A stretch of DNA of 63,464 bases, the filler included, from Reticulomyxa filosa (taxonomy: Eukaryota > Protista > Foraminifera): assembly GCA_000512085.1 (NCBI GenBank). It is 19 parts of 19 records of this genome, joined end to end, with 100 filler letters (N's around TTAATTAATTAA, not from the genome) between each part and the next. Parts side by side here need not be neighbours in the genome. Positions count along the whole stretch, not along the records: positions 50,621 to 52,120 come from ASPP01041702.1; positions 52,221 to 55,083 come from ASPP01010033.1; positions 55,184 to 58,621 come from ASPP01005567.1; positions 58,722 to 59,859 come from ASPP01039230.1; positions 59,960 to 62,253 come from ASPP01029219.1; positions 62,354 to 63,464 come from ASPP01043985.1; 13 more parts are not named here. One strand, written 5' to 3'. This document shows, piece after piece, positions 51,919 to 63,464 of this stretch. The notes under the pieces are model-generated. The model saw only the letters and a program-made list of their open reading frames with translations, did not search any database and was not told the origin of the DNA. Every line of letters begins with the position of its first letter. The first letter of the stretch is position 1. The translations under genes and the position numbers were made by a program.

Positions 51919-52066
51919 CTAGTAGTTACGGGACAGCACAAAGAGAAAGAACCAGGTTGTGTTTTCGTAAATGATTGTAAGCATGAAGCGAAGCTTGTAA
52001 TTTGTGATTATCATTTACAAAAACACAACCTGACTCTTTCTCTTTGTGCTATTCCGTAATTACTAG
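51919..52066. repeat. Long imperfect inverted repeat (hairpin)
   Basis: 57-bp arms ctagtagttacgggacagcacaaagagaaagaaccaggttgtgttttcgtaaatgat / atcatttacaaaaacacaacctgactctttctctttgtgctattccgtaattactag with 6 mismatches and a ~34-nt loop. Confidence 0.9.
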
Positions 52067-52220
52067 ATTGAGGTGAAGCAAGGCCAATGTTTTCATCAGC
52101 TTTTTGGTAAAGCAAAGCAGNNNNNNNNNNNNNNNNNNNNNNNNNNNNNNNNNNNNNNNNNNNNTTAATTAATTAANNNNNNNNNNNNNNNNNNNNNNNN
52201 NNNNNNNNNNNNNNNNNNNN

Positions 52221-53418
52221 AGCAATAGCAAAAGACAAAAAGAAAAAGAAAAAAAGAAAGGAAAAGAAAAAGAAAAAGAAAAAGGCAAAGATAAAGGCAA
52301 AGGAAAAGGAAAGGAAAAAAGGCAAGATGATGACAGTGCCAATGATAATGATAATGACGATGACAATGATAATGACAATGATAATGACAATGAGATGACA
52401 ATGACAATGACGATGACAATGACGATAACAATGACGATAACAATGATAATGATAATGATAGTGCTAATGCAAATGAAGAGGACAACGGCAACAGTGATAA
52501 TGAGAAAAATGATAAGAATAAGAATAAGAATAAGAATAAAGCGGCCAGCAAAAAAAAAAGGCAAAAGACAAAGGAAAAAAGAAAGAGGACAGTGAGCACG
52601 AGGATGCAAGTGAAGCAAAAAACAAATACACTGCCAACACAAATCACCAAAAAAAAACAACTGATGCGATATATAGCCAAAAGAGCGAAGACACTACTTC
52701 ATCTACAACAACAACACAAACATTACCAAAAGAAGAGAAACAAAAAGAAAAAGAAGATAAACCAAATTCATCAAACACAATTTCCGGTCCATTTTCAAAT
52801 CAAACTTCCACCATCCAAACGGACAACACCTTGTACCAAAAGCAATCGACCACAACTCAAAATTTTGCATTTAATGGCTCGAACCCCAGGTTTTTTTTTT
52901 TTTTTTTTTGGGGAGAAACTAAATACGGAGATAAAGGGGCAGAAAAATTTTTTATGTAAGTCATTTTTTTAAAAAATAAAATAAAATAAAATAAAAGCTA
53001 TTCCCCCGTGCCATTTGCTGGTAATGGTCACACAACAAATGGATTTAGCAATTTCTCACCATCACAGCCTTATCATCAGTCACAGCCCACTCCACAAGTG
53101 ACACAGATTTCGGGCAAATGGTACCACTATGATGAAAAAAAAGGATACTGGCTGGAGGTCCTCCCGTTTCTACAACCTAAATTTTTTAATGCGTATTCTA
53201 GTAGTGTACACATGGCTGGTGCCCAAGACCCACGTTTGTGTCACACGATGTTCGAACTCAATGGCTGCCAATATGGTGTCCAGTTTGATTACTCTAAGTC
53301 CGTCCCATCCGGTATTCAATATGTCATCGGAGAGCCTGCCAAAACGCGCTTTCTTATCTTTGCCAATCCTATTGGCGGCCTTATCAATGGCATCTCTGTG
53401 GATACGTCTACAAAATAA
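52221..53418 (+). CDS. Low-complexity (D/N/K-rich) protein ending in a WWE-like domain
   Basis: KWYHYDEKKGYWLE...FFNAY...FELNGCQYGVQFD...GIQY...KTR fits the WWE pattern. Upstream exon is Asp/Asn/Lys-rich. Confidence 0.55.
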
Positions 53419-53834
53419 TTCGGTACATTTTTTTTGTATTTTGGAGTGGCACTGTTTTTTTTGCCCTCGAATCTGATAAAATATTTGTCTTGAACGTTAT
53501 GACGGTCTCCTTTTTAGTTCTTTTTTTTCCGATTTTTGGATGATGACTCGTTGCCAGAATTATATTTTTTTTTTCGTGTTTTTTTTAATGAAAAATATTG
53601 TTTCTCCCTTTGATTAATGCAAGTTTAAGTGAAAAAAGAGTGTTGTTTTTTTTTTGTGAGTGTTTTCGTTGCTTTCTATGTCAACATATGATTCTTTCTA
53701 GTGATTCAAAATTCCATGCTTTTAACAGCATTTTACAACAAAAAAAAAAAAAAATCTATGCGATTCTTCCACCTTTTACACAACTTTGCCCATCTACCCA
53801 TCTATTGCTCTCCTTCTATTCTTTCTTGATTTGT

Positions 53835-54298
53835 TCATTGGGCTGTACTTTTGTTTTTTTTGTTTCGCATTTGTTTTTCTTTTTTTGAAATTCGGTCGTT
53901 CATCTTCAGAGTCGGTCTAAAAGTCCTAGTCGGAGGTTCTTTCTTCTCTCTATCTTCATTATATGTTTCAAACGTCGATGTCGACGCTGATCGACTATGC
54001 TTTGCGAGATTACTCTCAGTCTTGTGCTCCATTGTACTCATCACTTGTTTTGCTTGGAGCAGTGTTATTAATTGTTGAATCAAAATGCTATTCATGTGGG
54101 CAGTGTTTTTAGATCTAACATGTTGTCTCTTAAGTTTGATACATCTTCATGAAGCTTCAGTATTTCGGCTTCATGTTTCTTTTTAAGAGTATCTTCTGTT
54201 TCGTGTTCTGGTATCTCTGTTTTAACATTGCTTGCTGGAGCGGTTTGCGGACGTGTCGCCTCCCAGCACAAAGAGTTCAACATCTCAACAGTAGACAC
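53835..54298 (-). CDS. Hypothetical coiled-coil protein (frameshift ~54105)
   Basis: ORFs 54092..54298 and 53835..54095 join via an A-run frameshift. Confidence 0.4.
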
Positions 54299-54743
54299 AT
54301 TTTTTCTCCCTTTTGTATTTAAGCAGTGATTTTCACAAACAATGAATAAGTAATAGTCTTTTTATTGATCGTGACTACAAGGATACAAATACAATATTTT
54401 GTGACATACCAGAGCAGCGTGTTCGTCCAATATTTTCCGGTAAGCTGAATAGAGGTGCTAATCTACAATTTTTAGTCATTCGCTCTGTACTCAATACAGT
54501 GCAGATAATTTAAACAAGTTTCGATAACAGTGTCGAAAGGTTTACGATTAGCAAATGTCAAGAACGACTCATTTTTTAAAAAATGATGATTGAACGATTA
54601 AAGTTGCGTTGTATTCTACATAAACCTTATGCATTTTTATCCTGTTTTGAAGAAATTTTGATTGCGTTTTTAGTGTTTTTTTTTGGTAAAAGAGAGACTT
54701 GTTGGAAAGTGAGCAAAAAAAAAATTCACAATAAAACTTTGCG

Positions 54744-55055
54744 ATGAACATAACATCAAGCTTAGGTCAATTAATGCAATTTGATGATGAAAAACAAGAT
54801 GAAGCAATTTCAGGATTTGTCCATGAATATGTCCATAAAGTAGCACAAGTGATAGTTGAATCTCGCCGAATAGGCAACGACAAAGAGACAGTTGCAAGAT
54901 CATGGCTGGATTTGGAAACATCGCAGACAAACCAGTGGTTTCGGTTGGAAATACCAGAATCACCAAATGTCCGTTCTCGAATTGACGAAGGATGTGCAGG
55001 TTGGAATCCTCAGCATGGATCATTTTCACTAACTATAGGTTTGTGGCAAGCGTAA
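54744..55055 (+). CDS. ATG13: Autophagy protein ATG13, HORMA domain, first exon
   Basis: FVHEYVHKVAQVIVESR...TNQWFRLEIPE matches the ATG13 K..QVIV..R / WFNL.I motifs. Confidence 0.7.
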   Translation: MNITSSLGQLMQFDDEKQDEAISGFVHEYVHKVAQVIVESRRIGNDKETVARSWLDLETSQTNQWFRLEIPESPNVRSRIDEGCAGWNPQHGSFSLTIGLWQA

Positions 55056-55272
55056 TGTAATGTGTTCTCAATTTTCACAATCANNNNNNNNNNNNNNNNN
55101 NNNNNNNNNNNNNNNNNNNNNNNNNNNTTAATTAATTAANNNNNNNNNNNNNNNNNNNNNNNNNNNNNNNNNNNNNNNNNNNNATAATATTAATAATAAT
55201 ATTAATAATAATAATATTAATAATAATTCGAAAGAAAAGAAACATAACAATCAAATTCCAAAACAAAACAAA

Positions 55273-57118
55273 TTGAAGAGCGGCGAAGATAACGCTCTGC
55301 CAGCCACCAAACGACACACACACAAAAGTAAGAGTGAAGCCGAGAGTCGAACTGATAATAACGCAAATGGAGACAAAGACAAAAACAGTGCGATTTCAAA
55401 AAATGGAAACAAGAACAATAAAGAGGCATTGAAAAACGAACATAAAAAAAAAAAGAAAAGGAAAAAGAAAAAGAAAAGGCAAAGGCAAAAGCAAAAGCAA
55501 AGACAAAAGAAAAAGAGAAGGAAGAACCAGAAGAAACTGAAACTGAGACAGAAGAAGAGATCGAAGTAGAAATCGAAGCAGAAGCAGAAGCAGAAACAGA
55601 TATGGAAACAGAGGACGAGGAAGAAGAAGAAGAAACAGAGGGCGGAATAGAAACAGACAAAGACACAAATACAGACAGTGAAGCAGACACTGACGCAGAT
55701 ACCGACGCGGAAGCGCAGACAGAGACGGATACTGACGGAGAAACAGACACGAAGGAATACGAAGAAAATGAGGACGTGGAGTCGTTAACGGAAGAACATA
55801 TCCCTCGAACTTTAGGAAACAATAGCAAAAAGATGACAAAGAATATTCTAAGTGAGCATGAGATAAAGCACAGCTATGTGGGATGGAATTCTAGCATTTC
55901 CAGCAATGGCAGTCACAGTAGTGAGAATGGTACTCTTCATAGCAGCAATCATGCAGACAAGAAGAGTAATAATAATAACAATCTGTCCAAAGTAAAGGAT
56001 GTTTCTTCGAACAATGGAATGGACTCTTCTTCTCTTCGAAGTAACAGCCATACTGCCCAATCAGTCCCAACGGTAGTGTCGAAAAAGACGAAAGACAACG
56101 CCACTCCCGCCAACAAAGCAAATAAAAAAGAGACAAGGACGAGTCCAAAAAAAGGGGAAGATGTCAACGGCACGTCAATGCCGATCAAGTCTCAAAAGCC
56201 GAGCAACGCTGGCGGAAATGACGCCAGTCAAACGAACAAGCAACGCGGCAATGACAATAAGAAAGAGACGGACAGCAAAGCCAATAAAAAAGGAAACGAC
56301 CCAAAGAAACAACGCAACGAAGCAACAGATAAGCAAGCAGAGAAAGAGAAGGAAAAAGAAAAAGAAAAAGAAAAAAAACAAGATAAAGATAAAGATAAAG
56401 ATAAAGAAGAAGATGACAAGAGTTATGAATCTGCATTGATAATCATGAACAAATTTACAGATGGGATGATGTTCATTTGTAACAATGACACATATGATGA
56501 GTGCATGGAGATCCAGTTGCTTGGATTGCCCAAGCAATACTTATCCATGGTCAAATCCTTGCGACCAGAGACAAGTGCGCTACTGTTGTTTAACATGAGC
56601 GAGCGCAAATTGCAAGGGGTATATCAACCAACTGCACCTGGTGGGGAAAACCTGAACCCAAAAGCGTGGGCAAAAACAAAGCCAGTTCCAAAAGCAGTCC
56701 TTATCCAGCGCAAATCCCTTTTCGCGTCGTCTATCGGTTCAAGCCTTTGGAAGAAAGCTGCTTCCGACATATGTTCCACGACGGAAATCGTATTCGAAAA
56801 TTGGACGACAAAGAAGTGAAAGGGTTGTTATCTTTGTACCAGTTGCAATGGGGTCAACGCCATTTGGACACACAAAAGCCCTCCATTCCCCATCACTCCA
56901 ATGTCGCTGTCTTGCCACCACAAATGCACGCACCCACAAATAGTCATGTCCACCCTCGTCCCAATGGACCGATGCTGACGGCGTCTGCTGTGCAAGCCTC
57001 GAATAAATTCAACATTCATCCCTCAAAGAATAAGCACACTTTGTCCATACCAACCATTACGTCGGAGATAAATGTCAATAACAACAATAGTGATAACAAT
57101 AATAATAATAGTAATAAC

Positions 57119-57152
<34 letters not shown>

Positions 57153-58621
57153 GCAATAATACCAAAACAAAGACAAACGAACATATCACTGAAAATGTGT
57201 GGGCGATACGAGCAAATCAAGCTAAAAAGAAACCCTTACAACAACCTCAAACACATGTCCAATCCGATGCCCCTGCGTTGACCTCACCCTCACATTCTTT
57301 GCTTTCCTTGCAAAAAGAAAAAGATATCGACATCGATGGAACATCCTCTTTAAATACAGTTTCGTTTATATTATGTGTGTGTGTATATATATTTTTTTGA
57401 AGTTCTCGATGGGAGGGAGGGAGGGGGGGGGACAACTGTCTCAATACAATGAAGACAATGGAAATCGATACTTGCGGCCAAGTATCACACTCCACTCAAG
57501 CGATGACAACTCCTCCTCAAAAAACCCTGAAGCAACCAAGACCTCCCTCGCAATCAAGTATGTTTACTCCTTCTTCTTCTTCGAACAAAGCAAGCATCCC
57601 ACCACCCCAATTCCGTCGTATTCTTTGTTGTCAATGGCCTCGTCGCCGAAAGTAGCTTCTGTTGCGTCTTCTTCTCCTCCAAACTACACTTCTACTCTCA
57701 CATTTCACCACATCCCTGTCAATGGTCTCACGACCGTGGACAAGGACTCAAAGCACATGAATGAAAACAAACGCGAGGACGAGGGAATGTACAGCACATC
57801 CCCTCCTGGCCTGTCTTTTCCTCCAGGCCTATTCACTCCTGCTGCCGCAATCAAAACAACCTCCTTTCATCACGACAATGGCGCCGTAGTTCCACCGCCT
57901 TCAAATAAACCCAAATACCCCACAAAACCTCCCATGGTCTGCGCACCGTTTGCCAAGAAGCCGCCCATGATGACATCGTCATCGTCGTCGTCGTCGTCGT
58001 CGTCGACAACCACAGCCGTAACCATGTCCACAGTCACAACAGCACCCACGTCAACAAAGACAACAACGGAAAAGTTTGCAAAAGATGCGTACAGTCATAG
58101 CAATGCACCACCATTGCTGTCCACAGTATCGACGAAATATGAGTCGGAGGATTTTTCTATCCTTACCATTCCCAAGTATGGATCCGAGCCGTCCAAAGAC
58201 TATTCATGGAAACCTGATCGTCCAATCAACGAACCGACCCGCGGAAAGACATTGCAAACTGTGGACGCAGTCCCAATAGACGAGACTACGTACACGTCCG
58301 TGCAACGTAAGCAATTGGATCACAACCATCCTGTTCTCACAATCAACAATGAGACTCTTGCAGAAAAGGACAGATTCCAACGTGTGCACAGTGCACACAA
58401 TAACAATAATAATAACAAGAATAAGAACAAGAACAACAATAACAATAATAACATTTGCAGTGATGGCACAGCTACAACACTACAGACAATGAGAATAGGC
58501 GTCGGCGATGAAATGCACAGCTTTGAATCGCAACGGGATAATGCTCCGATGTATGCTCGCGATCACAACCGTCACCGCAACGAATGGAGCAGTTTAACTA
58601 ATGTCAATGTCAATGTCAATG
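55273..58621 (+). CDS. Large low-complexity protein with a central DCD domain
   Basis: GMMFICNNDTYDECMEIQLLGLPKQYLSMVKSLRP...LLLFNMSERKLQGVYQPTAPGGENLNPKAW / SPYPAQIPFRVVYRFKPLEESCF. A G-run frameshift at ~56668 splits the domain. Both ends are truncated. Confidence 0.82.
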
Positions 58622-58721
58622 NNNNNNNNNNNNNNNNNNNNNNNNNNNNNNNNNNNNNNNNNNNNTTAATTAATTAANNNNNNNNNNNNNNNNNNNNNNN
58701 NNNNNNNNNNNNNNNNNNNNN

Positions 58722-59859
58722 TTAGTGTTTTGTATAGCTCTTCAATTATTGTATTGTATCTTTCTTTTACCGTCGCATCATCCGTGTTTTTATTCATCAT
58801 ATCTACAAATGCTTTTACCGCATTCTGGATCCGATCTATATCATTGTTTACTTTACAGTGATATGGAACGTGCAATCTAACTGCTTTTATCTTTTCATTT
58901 TTCCTTTGTTCGAATGTGCACTTTATTGGATAATGATCTGATGCCATATACTGCTTTAACACATCCGTTATTATTCCTGAAATTCATGATTATTCACTAT
59001 GGAGTAATCGACAATCGAAAATATCTTTGCCTCTGTCTGTTCGCATGGAATGTTCTTTGCCCTTTACATTTCTCTATATTTAATATTCGGATCACATTTT
59101 TTTGACACCACCCCATCAGCCGATTCTCGATCTAGTTATTCACTTTGCACACCGTATATTTGATTCTTGCATTCAGGTCCTCAATCAGTAGTATTGCATA
59201 AAGTAAATTTTAGAAAACATGCACCACATTTTGCATATCATGCCATGCACTATCCACGTGAAATGCATTAATTCTATCAATTGGATGCAAATATTACAAC
59301 CATAAATATTTCATCAAAGATCGCCGTACTTATAAAATCCGATGCGTACTTGTTTAACTTAATTGCACGTTCTTGTGTGCTATCAATTATCATACAAATC
59401 ACATTACTTGGTTTCATCTAACTTGTTAATACTCTGTAATATGATTGTTGATGTATTATTTTCATATTTTCATCATATGTACCATCCATACATAACTCCA
59501 TGATAAAGTCTTCTTTCCTTAAACTTCCTTCCTTCAACCTGCTTCGCCTTTGGCTTCAGTTCTGCGACTTAATCCTTTCTCTTCCACCTCTCGAAGATCA
59601 TCAAAATAAAATCGAACCCATTTCTTATCAATTTCTTTGAAATCTTTAATAAGCTTTGGAAATTTGGACTTATAAAATCGGAAATAAATGGACTCATTCT
59701 GTTGAATTAAGACACAATTGAAAATAGGTTTGATTAGTGGATGCACCACGATGATAAAATGCCCCTGTTTGAATGGTGTGAATATTTGCTTTGCAACAAG
59801 TGCTTGTTCCACTGCTATTTCATTGTACACTTCTTCATATGGAACTTTCAATTGTTTCG
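58722..59859 (-). mobile_element. Degenerate non-LTR (LINE-like) retrotransposon, APE endonuclease region
   Basis: ILLIEDLNARIK...NRLMGWCQKNVIRILN...QRTFH, SIVDYSIVN and MASDHYPIK are APE motifs (GDFNA, TF, IDY, SDH), broken by stops and frameshifts. Confidence 0.8.
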
Positions 59860-60177
59860 NNNNNNNNNNNNNNNNNNNNNNNNNNNNNNNNNNNNNNNNN
59901 NNNTTAATTAATTAANNNNNNNNNNNNNNNNNNNNNNNNNNNNNNNNNNNNNNNNNNNNAATTTTTTGTTAACAAAAAAATTTTTTTTGCAGAATTTAAT
60001 GTTATTTTCAAAGTTTTGTACATTGTGAATGCATAATAGTTTTTGACTACTGTTTGCTTTGTCTTTACTTATAATTCTTTTTGCTTTTCTTTTGTCTAAT
60101 GCCAAACAAGTCAAGCTAATTCAAAAGCATAAGAACTAAAATTTTTTTTGTGGTAAGGTTGTTTTTGATGAAAATTG

Positions 60178-60640
60178 ACATTTTGTTGTATCACTTTTTG
60201 CATTGTATACTGCTTGTATTATCTATAACATTTACTTTGTTAAATTTGTGCATGTCTCTTTGTCAATTTTTTCACATTCTAATTTAAATTATTTCCGCAG
60301 TTCTTCTTTTGATCTGAATGGTTTATTTTTGAATATTTTTGTTTTCAATATCAACAACATATTTTCGATTTGGTTCAGTTCTGGAGAATTTAGATTGAAA
60401 TTCAATACTTTGATAGCATTTTGTTCAAACTACTTTTGCTTTGTGGCTGATGTCATTATCTTGCTGAAATATAAAATCTTCATTATTATCTAAACACCAA
60501 TTAATACTTTTGAGCATTTTATCACCTAAAATTTCTTTGTAAATATCAGCATTGACAAATCAATTAATATTACATGCATAACTATGTCATAATACTACAA
60601 AGCAAGTCCACATTATTATGCTTACAATACTAATTTTTGA
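60178..60640 (-). mobile_element. Tc1/mariner DDE transposase pseudogene
   Basis: IMWTCF...VNADIYKEILGDKML...FIFQQDNDISHKAK / VLNFNLNSPELNQIENML...IQAVYNAKSDTTK, with stops and a frameshift. Not captured by the ORF track. Confidence 0.85.
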
Positions 60641-61422
60641 TGTTTTTATGATTGAACATCAGCTTCAATTTACGCACATTCATAAATTACAGAAATTTTT
60701 TTTGCAACTTTGAGCAAACTACAGTCCTAACGCAACAGTTCAATAGCTTTTTTTTGTTAAAATTTTCAATCCTTTAGCAATTTTCAAAAAAAATTAAAAA
60801 CTCAAATACCGAACTACACTTAGCTAAAAAAAAAAATAAAGGATAAAATATTGAAATAATTATGAAAGAAAATGATATTTAAAAAGTACACGATTTGTAG
60901 ATATTGTTAAAAAAAAATTATGTCTGAATGTTGTTTTTTCATTTAGAAAATCAATCATTTCTACAAGGTGCCGTTTTATGTGCAGCTTTACTTTGCATTC
61001 TACTGTATTAGCTTTTAAAAAATTAAGATATCCTTTTTCATGGTTAATTTTTCAATTTTTTTGAAGCTCAAGTTTTTGCAAAATCATTTATATGTTACTA
61101 TTTTATAAAGACAATTGTTAGTAATATTACAATTGGCAATCTTTGTAATTATTCTGTTAACGCCAAAAAGTAAATGAAAACAATTAATGACAACAAAATA
61201 TTGAAGAATATAAAAATAAAAAAACAAATATAAGTGGTGGTGTCATTATCTTTTAATACACGAATTAAGCTTTATTTGATTCTTAATAAAACGTAAAGTA
61301 AAACACAACAACAGTCACATAAAAAATTGCAACATGTTTTACCTTTCTGGAAGGGATAAAAAATCATAAGCAGCTCATACCAAGTTTGTTAGCACTTCTC
61401 CAAAAATTTTAGCAAGTGTATT

Positions 61423-62037
61423 ATGAAGAAAATAGATCCATATAATACTGAAGTAACAGAAGGGGATGTTGTGCTCCTTTCTTCACAAGCTGTTGGAGTA
61501 ATAAGGGTACGTAAAGTTGCTGGATATATCAAATGTTGTATACACAGATAACACAACGTGAAAACCTATAGACCGTACTAGAAAATGCACAATTGGTGGG
61601 TATTGAATTGTCAGACCCACTGGGAGATTGTGATGGAAGTTAGAAATCCAAATGATTTTTACTGCGCTCAAAAAAAAAAAAGAACTAAAAAACCAAATGA
61701 ATAAACAAATGCAAAATGAGCACAAATTTTACAACAACAACAAAAAGGCTATCTTGGAGTCTCGCACTTTCGATGCAAGCCAAAATATGGAGTATTTGTC
61801 CGTTACAATGAAATTATTCGATTAATAACACCAGAGGAATTGTTGAAGAACATAGTATTACTAAATCGCCAACTGCTTCAATTTCAGCACCACGATAAGA
61901 GCCAGAACTCAGCTTTGGTTTTTAATGCCAATGGAAAGCACAACAACACAATAAACATTGACCATGAGCAACATCTCCAAGAGATGGAAAAGGAAATTGA
62001 GAATTTGCAAGCAGAAGTCAGGAAAGTTACGTACTAA
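61423..62037 (+). CDS. CAP-Gly domain + coiled-coil protein (partial)
   Basis: Spliced EGDVVLLSSQAVGVIR / TVLENAQLVGIELSDPLGDCDG / SYLGVSHFRCKPKYGVFVRYNEI...LQEMEKEIENLQAEVRK. Introns are GT-AG. Confidence 0.8.
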
Positions 62038-62626
62038 ATAAAAATAGAAAAAAAAAAAAAAAAAAAAAAAGTGTATACGTTGTTCAAAGTGACACCAATA
62101 AATAAATAAAAAAAAAAATTCTCATTTTTGTTCTTTTTTTTTTAATTTTTTTTTATTTGTTTTTTTTTTCTTTCCCACTTTTTCCTCATCACATAAAAAT
62201 TTGAGAGGTTGGTCGCGAGTGTACGAAAAAATGTACATTCTCTGTTTTTTTTTNNNNNNNNNNNNNNNNNNNNNNNNNNNNNNNNNNNNNNNNNNNNTTA
62301 ATTAATTAANNNNNNNNNNNNNNNNNNNNNNNNNNNNNNNNNNNNNNNNNNNNGCTTAGCACATATTGAAAAGGTTTATAGTAGCTTAAATGTTATGAAT
62401 AAAGCCTTAGAAAAAATGGGAACTTTCGAAACTGTCTTGAATTTTAAAAAAAATAGATAGCGTTTTTCAGCTTCAGGAAAAAAAAGTTGTTAAGATAAAG
62501 ATATTAAAAGTTAATGATCTTGTTTTATAGAAGCTGATTCTTACAAAAAAAAAAAAAAGGGCATCTCCATAATTGATCGACATATATTGATCATATCTTT
62601 ATCAGATAAAGTTGTTTTAAAAAAAA

Positions 62627-63220
62627 ATGTATGGAGGAGATGTCAAAAGTCCAGATGACATGACTAAAGTCACTACTGGGTGCCGGACTGAAACAGACTA
62701 TTCAATTTTACATGTGTTTGTGAAGCAATTGGCGAAATCCAGAGCCAATGAAAACGGCGAAGTGGTAATTGATAGAAAGGTGTTAACATACATAAAGTTA
62801 TGCAGAAGCGTGGAAGAGATAACTTTACACAACATATACACGTCGTATATGGTGCGAGATAATTCAGGAATGGTACAATGTCGATTTTGGAATCCTTCAA
62901 CTCAAACTGAATACGACACTCAAGACATAAGTAGTTTAATTTACTACAACAAAAACAAAGATACTATTTCCAAACGCGATTACGTCGAAGTATTTGGATG
63001 CTAATATGATTTATCTTTGAATTAATATAAACATAAACATAAACAATGATAAATAGGTCGATTGACCAATAGTAAAGATGGGAAATATGTGAATGGATTT
63101 GTAATACGAAAGTTGGAGGATCGAATCAATGGTTGCTGCAAATGTGTGAAGTGATTTATGCCAGCGAGAGAAACAAGTTGGAAATGAAACGTCGAGACAA
63201 CCAATCTGAACATCAACGCA
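62627..63220 (+). pseudogene. RPA2: RPA2 (RPA32)-like OB-fold gene, apparently disrupted
   Basis: SILHVFVKQL...YMVRDNSGMVQCRFW...DYVEVFG / GRLTNSKDGKYVNGFVIRKLEDR / NQWLLQMCEVIYA. The donor after VFG is non-GT and there is a frameshift at ~63124. Confidence 0.6.
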
Positions 63221-63464
63221 TATCTCTTCAATTGGATGTTCATTCCTATAATTTCACTAACATGTTCTTTTTTTGTTAGGTGAGAAAAAAAATTTGATTG
63301 GTCGTGAATTTGCTTTTTGTTATTTGTGCAATAATGGTTTTGGGGTTTAACAGGGACTAGACGAAAAATAAAGTAGATGAAGTGAATGTGACATCAAGTA
63401 ATAGAGTCACTCACATTAGCAGCAGACCGGAGCCAGTCGAAAAAGAAACAAACAAATATGGCGA

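Noticed and set aside
52165-52680. Hydrophobic Leu/Phe/Ser ORFs on the minus strand (also 55217..55839, 56175..56537)
   Set aside because: Antisense shadows of Lys/Glu/Asp/Asn-rich coding sequence on the plus strand.
7132-62353. Regularly recurring TTAATTAATTAA flanked by N runs as a biological repeat or CRISPR-like array
   Set aside because: Fixed 100-bp synthetic linker with six-frame stops used to concatenate contigs.
1-63464. Alternative nuclear genetic code; tRNA, rRNA or telomeric repeats
   Set aside because: Conserved genes end in TAG, TGA and TAA at the expected positions. No RNA gene or telomere array was recognised by eye.

Overview
AT-rich, intron-containing eukaryotic DNA, not one locus. 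It is 19 short contigs joined by an artificial 100-bp linker (N44-TTAATTAATTAA-N44), so neighbourhood only means something within a contig. The organism is probably a rhizarian/foraminiferan such as Reticulomyxa filosa. This is an inference from the characteristic WD40 family, short poly-A/T and TA/CA-rich introns, and frequent homopolymer frameshifts. Recognisable genes: DDB1, a UBC13-like E2, a RING + zf-4CXXC_R1 protein, a DUSP-USP 5' end, a WD40 (pseudo)gene, a plasmepsin V-like aspartic protease, an EFR3-like protein, HIT hydrolase, THEM6-like thioesterase, acid ceramidase, VAMP7, a beta-adaptin appendage, an LRR protein, a 7TM(-RGS)-like protein, an RBR E3, a WWE protein, ATG13, a DCD-domain protein, a CAP-Gly protein and an RPA2-like gene. 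Decayed Ty3/gypsy, LINE (APE) and Tc1 elements are also present. The most notable structure is a head-to-head ~2-kb inverted duplication (41809-46683) of a Crinkler-like 'header + P-loop NTPase' gene, whose NTPase exon has diverged much more than its flanking sequence. Also notable are the RING + zf-4CXXC_R1 architecture next to UBC13 and a ~150-nt intergenic hairpin.
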